This document shows positions 11,191 to 23,000 of a DNA stretch of 64,000 nt, one piece after another; positions within the stretch are counted from its first letter, which is position 1; each line of letters opens with the position of its first letter. Both the position numbers and the translations under genes were made by a program. Where the stretch lies: contig JALMLS010000572.1 of NCBI GenBank assembly GCA_038496445.1, forward strand, positions 12,937 through 76,936, read 5' to 3'. The notes beneath the pieces were generated by a model. That model saw only the letters and a list, made by a program, of their open reading frames with translations, made no database searches and was not told the origin of the DNA. The stretch is from Trichosphaerium sp. ATCC 40318. Its lineage: Eukaryota > Protista > Tubulinea.

Positions 11191-14100
11191 ATGCAACAAG
11201 ACGAGTTGGATCAGTTAATAGATGACATTGAGAAGAACTTGCCGTCGTTAACAGAGGTTAATTGTTCCAATTGTTATTTGGGTGAATTGGAGATGATAGA
11301 CTTGATAGACGAGCTAGAAAACAACAAATACATTACACGATTAAACTTAGAACATAACTATATTGGCAAAGAGGGTGTAGAAAAATTGGCTCAGATCTTG
11401 TCAGGAGAGTCAGTTTTGCAAGCATTGAACTTAAAACATAACCTACTATCGCCAAACGATATTAAATGTTTGGTCAGAGCGTTACGAGAGAACTTTTCTG
11501 TAACCGAGTTTGAGATCGCCGAGCACGTCAGCGATGGCGGTATACCGTCGTGGGTTTACTTGGCAGATGATTACAAGGTTAAAGACGCACCTTTGCACTG
11601 GGAAGTTTGGACCGAGGAGAATTACAAAGAGCTGCTAAAGCAAATCTCTAAAATACTGACATCGAATAAGGATTTAAACACGGTACCTTGCGCTTTTTGA
11701 ATTTTTTTTGTTCATTATTAATAATTGTTGTTATCTTGATTCCATTTTTACTACGTTGGCGCTATACCTGTTGGCGTGTAGAGCTTATTTTCGCCGTTTA
11801 TTTTTTTTATTATTTTGTTTTGGTTAGATAGCCATTTTTCAGCTTCTTCGTTGAACCTCACAACCACCATTAGGCGCTCAACGAAGGAGGAACAAAAATC
11901 AACCTTAGACAGCGCAATATAAATAACGTACCTCATTCAATTTTTTTACCTGGTATCGTCACTCTGGATCTATCTCAGAACACAATATCGGCGTTACCAC
12001 CAGAAATATCACAACTGAAAAATCTTACAAACTTGAATTTGAGCAGCAACAAACTCGCTAAGCTCCCATCTGAACTTCAAACACTTGATAACCTTGAGAC
12101 GTTAAAATTATCTTACAATAGATTCATTAATGTTCCAGCAGCTGTTTGTTTGCTATCAGGACTAAAGACGCTTTATATTGATAATAATCTCATAAAAGAT
12201 ATGCCAACTCCTTTGGCTCTTGTTGAGAATTTGAACGAACTTTATGTTGAAGGTAACCCCTTCCTTAAGTTTCTACCAACTTCAGTATCTGCTATGGCAA
12301 AACAAAATCCTATATCTATTATAAGTCATCTACGAGATCAATACATGGCAAGCAATAACGTCAAGTATCAGATGAAATGTTGTGTACGTGACATTTTTGA
12401 TTTGTTTTGTTTTTTTTGAGTTTTTTTGGATTTTTTTATTGACACTAGTAGTTTGTTGGTGGTAAGGATAATACTAAATCATTCTTGTTGGACAGTCTCT
12501 TGGGTAATAAAAGAAAGCGACAGCGCGGTGTCACAATGTCATTGCGTAAAGGGATCAGTTCAAGAAAGTAAGCCTTTTTTTGTTCTTTTTTTTTTGCATA
12601 CTTCGTTTTTTGTTGACACTCTCTTTAGAGTCCACAGTCGCGAGAACATCGCATCTGAGTTTATGGACCCTGGTGGCGCTATCTATATCACAGAATTAGA
12701 GCTTAGGAATAAGGAAGTCATGCCTGAAGATGAAGCTCTTCAATTGCTGGTGTGGGACTTTGCTGGTAACGATGTACGAATAGTTATAATGTTTGATAGA
12801 ATATTTTTGTTGACTCATGTGTTTAGGATTCGTATTATGCTACCCACCAATTTTTCTTGACAAAACATACTATGTATGTTCTGGTATTTAATTTGCTTGA
12901 ACCTCAAGAAGACAAGTCAAAGATTCTTTACTGGCTTCACACTATAGCCTCTCTTGGGAAAAAAGATACATTAGTTATGCTCGTAGGTGCATATAGCGAT
13001 GGACATGCGCGATGCACGAATACGCACATGTACGTGCTTTTTTGGAACAAACCAAACCAACGACAGTTTTCTTTGTTTAATTTTATCACGGTGTATTTAC
13101 TTATTTTAGTGAAAATACCTTTGCAGCAATAAAGTCACGTGTATCAGCCAAGAAAAAATATAAGAATATTAAGTTTTTTGGTGCTGTATCTAATACTAAA
13201 ACTGATATAAAAGACGTACGTCGTGACGTTGTTATTGTGGAAATTTTTTAGTATACCTCGGTATCTTAATTTTTTTTTTATAGTTTAAGCGCGAGTTGAT
13301 GAGAGTTGCCATGATGAACGATACTGTCAAAAAAGGTGTCCCACCAAAGTTTAATGCATTAGCGGCAAGATTGAAGCTTGTAACTGAAGCTAACCTCACA
13401 CCTCCTCTGTTGAGTCAACAAAAATATAAACAGCTTGCAGAGCAGTCTGGTATACTTTCAGAGGAAGAACTTAATAATGCAACACGATATCTATATTCAA
13501 GAGGCTTATTGGTACGTTTTAGATCCATCAGCAGAACAGTTTTGCAAATAGCTTTGCTGCCCTTTAATAACTGTATTTTAATGACTTGTAGGTGCGTTTT
13601 GAAGGTGATGTATTGAGCAAGTATATTGTATTGGATAATAAATGGTTGATACAATCCTTTGGCAACATCATTAAGAACCAAGATCTCGTGCGAGGTGGAA
13701 AATTACCAGCAGGTATGATTTTTTGCAAAGTTTTTTTTTTTCGTCTTACCGCGATTTAACAATCTTTAGACCAGTTGGGTAAGATATGGAAGAGCCCAGA
13801 GTACAAGAGGGATATATGGGATTGGTTATTAAAGCTCTTGGAAAAGAAGAATATTTGCTACAATCTGGCGCAAAGGAAGAAATTACAAATAAAGAGGAAG
13901 TCAAGTCCGAAGTTAACAAAGATCGAAAAGCCAAAGAACGAGTACCTCATACCTTGGTTGTTGCCTTCAAGTGTCCCTGTAAATTACAGACATGTTTGGC
14001 CTGCTGGTGATCCAAAACAGTTGACAAGGTTGGCCAACCGTTTACTTTTTATTGCTAATCAACTATTACAGGTGGTACCAACTACAATTCATTCCGCCTG

Positions 14101-16643
14101 GGCTATTCACTCATTTTATGGTGCGTCTATTACGTTCTCCAGAATGGGATGTCGTATTGTATTGGCGTGATTGCATCATTGTAAAGGTACAGAAGGGTTT
14201 TTTTTCGAAGTTTTTTTTTCCACTTGAACGCTTATTACCTTTTCAGACACTCCGTGGGTTTGGTGGTGTAACACGTATTGCTTTCTCGTTGAATCGTGAA
14301 AACTTTACTCTACAATTACAAGCACGTGGCCCAGACACAACGCTTAAGTTTATGACTGTTGATGAGCTCATTCAAAATCTTATCAATGAATCCTTGGGAG
14401 TACGTCAATCTTTGTTTACATTAAAGGTAGTTCATTCCGTAAATTTCCTTGTAGCTTGGAGATTTCCTTAAAATTATTGTGCCGTGCGCTCATTGTCTCG
14501 CTCAAGAAGGTGCGTACGGCGTTATTACTAGGAGTTTATTGACGCTATTGTAGCTAAGGATGAGGGTAAAGAAGAAGTAGGAAACTTTACGCTTGAAGAG
14601 TTGGAGATAAAAATTAGGGATAGTAAAGTTGATGAAGTTCGTTATTTGTAGTTAGCTTGATGTTGATTAACCGTGAATATAGAGTTCAAGAGGTATTTTT
14701 GCAACTTGCATTACCGATGGTAGGCCAAGAGCTGTTCGAGTTGAGCATCTTGTACCTGATGTAACAATGGCATCCTTGGAGCGTAAAAAGATTCATTACA
14801 AGGTAACCTTTCCTTTGTTTTGTTTTCTGGTTTGCTGACCTTGGTTACAGGATCTCGAAATTGGTAGTCATCTTGGTACTGGTGGTTATGCCGAAGTGCG
14901 TAAAGGAAAATGGAATGGTGAAGTAGTCGCTATTAAGATTATGAAAATTGATAAGGATTCGATGTCTGATGAATCTAACTCAGTGTTTGGGGAGTTCCGT
15001 AAAGAAATTTATCTCATGTCGTACGTTGAGCATCAAAAAAAAAAAGAAAAAAAAAAGTAGTTTTCAAGTCTTTCTGATTGTTTATCTTCTTAGTGCCTTG
15101 GAAAACGAACATTTGGTGGTTTTACGCTGCTTCTGTTTTGATCCTATGTGTATTGTACTGGAATTTATGGATCTTGGCAGTCTTTATGATCAGGTCCGAG
15201 AACTAGAAGAAGAAGGCTCTACAAAGTTCAAATATGTCATTGATTGGGACTACAGAATAAATTGCGCTCTTGACATGGCTTGTGGTACTTTTTTTTTCTC
15301 CTCTTTTTTTTTGTAGTATCAAGTTCATATTTTTACTGACACGTGCGATGTAGCTATGGACTTTTTACACAGTGAAAATCCTCCAATCGTACACAGAGAT
15401 TTGAAGAGTTTGAATATCTTGGTGTGCACCTCCGATAAGGTACTATCCCATTTTATTATTACCCATTCGCGGAGTTAGCTTCGTGCTAATACAGGGCTTT
15501 TTTTCAGAGTGGGTATGAAGGTTATAAGCGAGTTGAAGCTAAAGTCGCCGATTTCGGATTGAGTCGCTCGTTAACTTTTGATGATTCTCTTGGTATGTAC
15601 CTCTCAACTGTTGTGTAGTATCGTACTTATTGTGTTGTATTAGATTCAAAGAGTTACGATGACCAAAACCCTGTATGGCTAGCTCCAGAAATTTTAGCTC
15701 AAAAAGACTTTTACGATGAAAGTGTAGATGTTTATTCATTTGGTATTATTTTATGGTACGTATCGTGTTGTGTAGAGTTTAAATCACGTGTTAATACTTA
15801 AAAAAGGGAGATGGTATCGCGAAGTGATTATTTTGGCGAATTGAATTTCATGGCGGATATTTGCGAAGCCGTGGTAGCCAGTGCGTGTCTTTAACCTTAT
15901 TTATAAAAACAAAATATGTACTCACTTTTCTTGTAGATAAACGACCAGAAATTCCTGTCTTGGAGGATCAATTTGGCGTACAAAATCAATACGTAGAGTT
16001 AGTATCAGAGTGTTGGGCTGGAGAACCTTCTGATAGGCCAAGTTTCAGAGCTATTCGTGAACGTATTGAAGCGATGAAGGTGAGTTTGATTAAACTGTTA
16101 TTTTCTTCTCTTCCTGTGTATTAACCATGGTTACGATTTAGGCCACTATCACAGAATACAAAGAAGCACACCCTAAGTTTATCCCTGCATCTGTTTTGGA
16201 TTTGAAAGTCAAACTTAAAGAACGCGCAGCAGCTAAATTAAAGAAGGCTTTGGAACCTCAACCGCCACCAGAACCTGTTATTGTTCAGGCACCAAACTCT
16301 GATGTTGGGCGTTTTAATACGACACAAGGATTAAATAAATTAAATCTCGGTGTTAATGGACAAGATGCAGGCCCACTTAGCCTCGGCTCGCGCCCTTCAG
16401 GCAGTACGTCATAGAAACGCGATCTTTTTTCTTTTAAACTCACTTGGGCGTCGCAACTTACATTCTTCTTTTCAAGCTTTCTCTCCACCAGTCACAGCTA
16501 AATCTGAGATGACACGCATCCGATCTAACACAGCACGTCCTCGCTCAAAGACAAAAACATCAAAGAATCACGCACCGAAAAAAAAAACCTTACGCAAAAA
16601 AGGAAAAAAAGGCAAATCAAAAAAAAGAGACACTGTACAATAG
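11191..16643 (+). CDS. ROCO family kinase (RI-like LRR, LRR, Roc, COR, TKL kinase)
   Basis: LRRs (LNLEHNYIG, LNLSSNKL), WDFAG..YYATHQFFL, COR motifs (FIPPGLFTHFMVRL, YWRD), and kinase GTGGYAEV, VAIK, HRDLKSLN, DFGLSR, PVWLAPE. Basic C-terminal tail. Confidence 0.92.
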
Positions 16644-16802
16644 AAGAACCCACTTTTTATAAAAAACAAACCACGTGAGATATAAAAGAAAAGTCTCACG
16701 CACATGTAGAAACTGTACAATATAAATTTTGAGTTGGCTCAATCCGTACCACGTTAATCAAACAAATTGTTAATTACTCAGTTTGTGACTGTTAAAAAAC
16801 AA

Positions 16803-17283
16803 CCCAACTACTCTTAACTATTCTAACGGCGTTTTCGGCCTCGTGATAAGGCGAATTGGCCGTTAAAAACCGGTACAAATGGCGGTACACTAAAAAAAAT
16901 AAAGCAATCATTTGTGCAGATAGTAACTCACTACGACATCGCAAGGTGGTGTAAACGCCCAACAACAATGTAGTACAACGTAATGAGGCCATTAATAGGC
17001 ACCTATCTAGTTTTCTGCTAGAGGTTAGAAAACGTATCGCTATCAGTACCCCACTGCACAAAGCTCGCTATGGAGTTTACAATAACCTCAGTATCGCCTA
17101 GCTTACGTTAAACCGCGCTGTTATAACGTAGGGAGGGCAGAAACTGATAAAACTTCACAAAGTAGCTCGGTACAACGTAACCGATAAAAAAAGTAACGGT
17201 TAGGGAAGTATGATGTTTAATTTTAGTATCGGTTTATATTTGTTTGAAGGTATGGTATTATACTTTAATTAAAAGAGTAGGGC
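16803..17283 (-). ncRNA. Candidate structured non-coding RNA (identity unknown)
   Basis: Nested inverted repeats at 16808-16815/17273-17280, 16911-16919/17054-17062, 17104-17110/17124-17130 and 16824-16830/16859-16865. The long hairpin 17062-17167 extends through G-U pairs on the minus strand. No credible ORF. Confidence 0.45.
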
Positions 17284-17383
17284 AACCGAAATTGTACACA
17301 GCTAAGAATTTGCATAGCAAATTTTCATTCAACTCAAATTTTTTCGAAACTAGCCGTTATAATACGGCTTGAAGCCGCCAAGG

Positions 17384-19789
17384 ATGTCTAACAAAACGGA
17401 AAAGGATGAACTAGATGCTATTATACGCAAAGCACAGAAAGAGGGCCTCAAGCGATCATCAGGAAATAACTTGAGGTAGATGCCTTATTTTTTTGAAAAC
17501 TTGTTTATTTCACACTTAAAACGACCTTTGACGTTTCTCGCACATGCGCTTAGTAATAATTTAACTGTCTACGCAACTTCCAAGTTATTTGGTCTTTGTG
17601 TACCTGATGTTTAACAGATTCTTTTCTGATTTTTCAAATTCTGTTTTTCGTTGCGGTTGTAACTACCACAGTTACGCCGTATTACGTACCCTAGTATATT
17701 TACGTTAACAGCATACTCCAACCGTAAAATACTAAATCTATCAAAAAGACGCTCAAACAGACGATCACCTCGCAAGCATGATGGTAGCCCAACCAAAACC
17801 GCTTCTACACCTTCCAAAGGCAAAAAAGCGACTCAAAAGAGGTTAGATACTTTTTTTTTTCGTATTTTGCGTACACATTATAGACACAGTGCTCTATTCA
17901 ATACTGCCTTTACTTTGTCGTTTTGTCAATTTTATGAACTGTCAATCCTCCCTCTTTCTTACGCCTTCTAATTAGAAAGCGTTCTGGTAGCGCCGCCTCT
18001 TCACCTGCTAAGAAGAAGGCTAAGACGACACCCAAAAAAGCAGCCGTTAAGAAGGGTACTTGTACTCCATTCGAACCACAAAACTTATCTAAACATTCCC
18101 TTAGCAACGCCAAAGAAGGGTAAGAAGCCTGTACCTAAAACCACACGCAGGTCGTCTAGATCTGCAGCCAAGAAAGTCACCCCAAAAAAGCCCACCAAGT
18201 CGACTCCTAAAAAGGCTACGCCAAAGAAATCTACCAGAAGGCGTTCGTCTACTAGAAGGATGTCTAATGGATCCAATGGGTCTACTCGTAAGTCTCCTAG
18301 AAGGCACGTGTACCTTATTTTCTGTACTTGTATCTAACTCTTTGTTTCACAGTAATGCTGGTCTTAAGCGTAAGAGTTCGCAGTTTTATGAGTACCGTCT
18401 ACCTTCTCAGCAACAAGATTCAAGCGAAGAAGAATCTAGCGAGCAACCTGTTGGTAAGGATCCAATTTCATTAAAATTCGGCTTTCCTCTCTTTTTTATG
18501 ACGTAGTTACTACGTTTTTGAACGTAGAAAATGTGTGGTATCGCAGTCGGATGTTTACTGCGCTCAGTAACCCCGAACCCGATGTTTTTTTAAAATCGCG
18601 AGCTCAGAAATTTGATTTTTTTTCAAAACAATTGTTTTTGAGATTTCTTCGTTTGGTATTTTTTATATCAACTGTTTCTTGTCGTGTACTAACGTCTATC
18701 CTTTTAGTAAGACGCTCATCACGTAAACCTGCTAAAAAGTCGAAGCCTAAGGCTAAACCAAAGGCCAAACCAAAGGCTAAGCCAAAACCAAAGGCTAAAG
18801 CTACCAAAAAGAAGACCACCAAGAAGGCTGTCACCAGGAAGAGACCACCAACACGTCGTTCATCTCGTGCGTCGAATGCCAGTAATTCTTCTCTTCGTAC
18901 TTCCCCAAGGAAGCCAAAGAAGAGGAAGTTGGATGACTACGTTACTGATGACAAGACCCCTACTCCACGTAAATCTAAGAGGTAAGTACAAGGCGTAAAA
19001 TACGCGTAGAATTCAAATATTTGAAAAAAAGTTTTTCTCTCTCCTCGTCTTGTTTAGTCTCTTGTGGGCTTTTTTTTGGTTTACTTTGATGTCTGAATGA
19101 ATACTAATTGTTTTACTTCAGATCTAAAACTACCAAAGCGCCTCCACGTCGCCGTTCCACTCGCGCACGCAAAAAGGTTGTTAAGAGCTACAGTTCCGAA
19201 GAGGAAGAGAGCTCTTCAGAAGAAGTTGAAGAGAGCGTAGAAGAAAGCGTTGAAGAAAGCGAAAGCGTAGTAGAAAGCGAAGAAAGCGGTAGCGTTGAAG
19301 ATAGCTCAGAAGAGGAAGAGAGCGGTAGCGTCGAAGAGAGCTCTTCAGAATCCATGTCAGAAACTGAACAAAAAAGAACACGAAGTGCCAGAAAGAAGAA
19401 GGTCGTTGAGAGTGAATCTAGCGAGAGTGATAGTGAAATGAGTGAGTCTAGTTCTGAAGAAGTAGAGCAAAGCAGTGATGACTTTGAAGCTGCTTCTGAT
19501 GATGACGAAGATGAAGAAATCGAAGATGATGCAGATGCCGATTCTGATGAAGAAATGCCTGTCCGTAGATCTTCTAGGACTCGTACTTCTAAGAGATCTC
19601 GTAAAAGGTCTAACCCTGGTCTTGAGAGACGCTCATCAAGAATTGCTGCCAGGTCAGCACCAGTACGTCATCAGAATTTTAATGACTTTGTTCTGCATTT
19701 TTTTTGTTGAAATGATTTCGGTGCTGATTTCTTGTGTTTTTTTTTAGAAGAGGAGGAAGAGAGGAAAGAAAAGACGTGGCAGAAGATGA
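17384..19789 (+). CDS. Low-complexity basic (histone H1-tail-like TPKK/PKAK) and acidic (E/S) nuclear protein
   Basis: Exons rich in KKxTPKK, (PKAK)n and RRSxR motifs, an E/S/D tract at 19190-19555 and a terminal KRRKRGKKRRGRR*. No globular domain was recognised. Confidence 0.75.
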
Positions 19790-20090
19790 AAGAGAGAAAG
19801 AAATTTGATTTGATTGATTAGTTTTATTTGTGTTGCATTTTTCTGTCTTGTTTTTGTTGGTAAAAAAAAACATTTAATTGTTGTTGTATTATTTTCAGTA
19901 AATAAAAAAAAAATAAAAAAACCGCCGTCTTGTTTTCTTACGTGCGTGGCACTACACGTGTTGGAAGGATTTGGAAAAATCTGGATTGACGATGTTGTAT
20001 TTATCAATACTCTGGTGAGCTGTGATCTTACAATCAGTCATGACTTTGTACTTAAACTATGTAAGGGTGAATTTTATTATATGGTACATA

Positions 20091-23000
20091 TTAAGACTTA
20101 TTGGACATAATACTATCAATATCACGTGCAAGACGTCTTAATTCAGATACAGTTTGTGCATGGATTCTTGCATTATCTGCAGACAGTTTTTTAAGCCTAT
20201 CTTGGTGGTTCATGGATGATCCAATCTTGTATTCCACCTCGTCTAGCTTTGATCTCAACTTAGAAAGTGCAATATCTTCTTTATCCTAAAACAGAGTAAG
20301 TACTCGTGCCAATACGTAAAAAAAAACTCAAAGCTCAAGTTCTTTTTTCCATAGAATGTTTATGGGTGTTGCATACCTCTTCCTCGTCTAGTACTGCTGC
20401 ACGACGAATAGGAAAGAATTGAAGGAATTCACCATCTTCAATCTGAATAGACAGTTAATACTTGCTCCAAAATCAAGATGGTTGAAGAAAGAACAAGGGA
20501 AAATAAAAAACTTTGTGTTCTTTGAAAAAAAGAGGTTACCTGTTTACAAATATGCTGTTCAATGGCTGATAGACGAGAGAACTCTCTTTTTTGTTTGATT
20601 TCTTTCATGTAAACAAAGAAATACAAATAATAAAGTCTATAATGCTGTTCATTGATGTGCTCATTGAAATCTAAGAAAAAACTGTTAAGAAGTTGTGTTC
20701 TGAGGGGTTTTCTGGTCTATATACCTTTTCCGCGTTGTTGAAATGTATCACGATCTAAAGAGCATATAAAACATGAATTTGTCAGAGCACTTTTTGCCTC
20801 TTGCTGTTGTTGACGGAACTCTAAAGAAAAAGTAAGAAAAAAATACTACCTTACTTTCACTTTGCACAAAGCGAGGAAATTGGACTTTGGCACTAAGTGT
20901 ATCTCAAAAAAAGCTCATGTGTAGTTTGGTGTATAGTTGGAGGACAGAAGAAAACAAGTATTGGCTAGGACCAAGTTGTTTCATTTTACGTACGGCCAAA
21001 TGTGTCTACAATTGTAGCAAGAATAACATTAAGAATAATGACGCCAATTATTAGATAATAACTAACAACCCATATAACCCATGCGATTGTGTTTCGGTCT
21101 CTCCATCGTATAGGCTGTAGGTATTCGAAAATACCACCAGTAGAAGGCAACCTGAGGAACAAATTAATGCGAGAAAATAGACAACAATTCAGCAAAGATG
21201 GAGAAGATCAAACAAAAAGAAAAGCTAAAAATGACTTACCCGTGTATGAGGTTTGTAGCTGTACATTGTATCAAATCGTCACAATATGTACCATCTTCAG
21301 GGTTATAGTGACCTTGGAACCAAACAACGGCAATAATAGAAAACACAAAGACGACTTCAAAAGCGAGAAAGTACTAAAAAGAAAAGTACATTAGAACAAC
21401 AAGTTGATGTATTATCTCTCAGAGATGTGTATGTGCGTACCATAAGTGCGATAGTTATAACGTTTGTCCACAGTGCACGTAGAACAACCTTCATTTGACT
21501 ACTTCTAATCAAGATCTGGAACAAATGGAAAGTGAAGAAGAACTCAGAAACAAGGTTTCCAAGAACTGAGAATACAAAGTATAACAAGTAGTAAACAAAC
21601 ATAGGATTTAAGAAAGCGACCCTAGATGAACACCAAAAAGTGAGTATAATTCATAATTAATAAGTATAGGTGTGTCGTACCAGATGGATTTGAACATATA
21701 AGGAAAAACACCAAGACGGATTTTGGTAGCCTGTAAAAAAAAAAGTTAGAAAAATGGCAAACAAATTTCTTTTATGAAAGCATTTTGGACTCATAATGTT
21801 TTTTGCATGTCTATGTAATAGTATGGGTATACCTTAATATCTTTCCAACTCCACAACATCAAAGATTTACCATTCTCACTTGCGGGCATCCGCTCTTGTA
21901 TCCAGGTTTTCCGGTTCTCAAATGCTCCTATAAAGTGTTATTTTCTCTTACCAATGGGAAAAGTGTTGAGTCTTTACAACACTAGTTTGATGTCTAAAAA
22001 AAGGGTATATTGCTTACCTTGTTTAAGGACATAAATAATAAGGAGTAGAAGTGAGGTAATAGATTGTACAGCACCAAGAACATCAACACTTGTTTTAATG
22101 CCTTTGTTTGCAATTTTTGTTTTGGCAAAGCTACAAACGAATATGTTATGACATGGGGTGTGGACTAAAAATCTAGCGTACCCGTCTGCTGAAGTACCAA
22201 TTACTACTAGAACGGTTGTAGCAACCGCAAGTATAAATGAGATATGCCAAAGCAGCCGAAACTGTTTAAGGAAAAAGAAACTGAACCATTGTTTTTTGAT
22301 TTCTGTCTTGTGCTCCTGTTTAATCATCCACTCTTCGCACCATGAAAAAAATGTTTCAAGCTTGTCAGTGGGTTTCTTCCTAAATAATTTGTTAGAAATT
22401 ACAGCGGTGTGAAGCCAAGTATATCGACAACAAATAATGACAAAAAAGAAAGAAAAATTAAGAAAAAAAAAGAGAAAGAGAAACTAACCAGTCCACTTTA
22501 CTAGCTATCAGATAATCATCAATTTGTGTTAATCGACGACGCTCTTTTAGTTGTTGACTATCAACGCCTTTGATCTTTCTTCCACCAAATTTTCTGCAAG
22601 ATTTCGGTATAGGAAAGTAAATCTTAAATAACAAGTGAGTATTTTAGTTTACACTACATCATGTTGAATTGATGTGACACGTACGAGTTTAATCTCTTTA
22701 CCATAAATTACTTCTATTGTTGCAATCCTGTTATGGATATTGGCTTCACACATAAGGACATACTGTTTGAGTTGCCTTATGACCTAAATGGTATAAGTGA
22801 GTTTCTCAAGTTGTTTACGAGAACGTACTTCTTTACTGCCTGTTTGAGTGATTGGTGAATCATGAAGTTCTCGCAAGAATCTGTATGATAACACAGCAAG
22901 GGACACGAGATTCTGGGGTGGTTCTTTATTTGCCCATGACTTAATGTACTCCGTGTTTGCAGCCTATTTTATGTGTTTACTAAGAACAAGTCCTTTTTTG

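Noticed and set aside
17202-17211. ATACTTCCCT resembling the U1 snRNA 5' end
   Set aside because: It mismatches within ACTTACCTG, and no U1 stem-loop I/II motifs or correctly placed Sm site follow.
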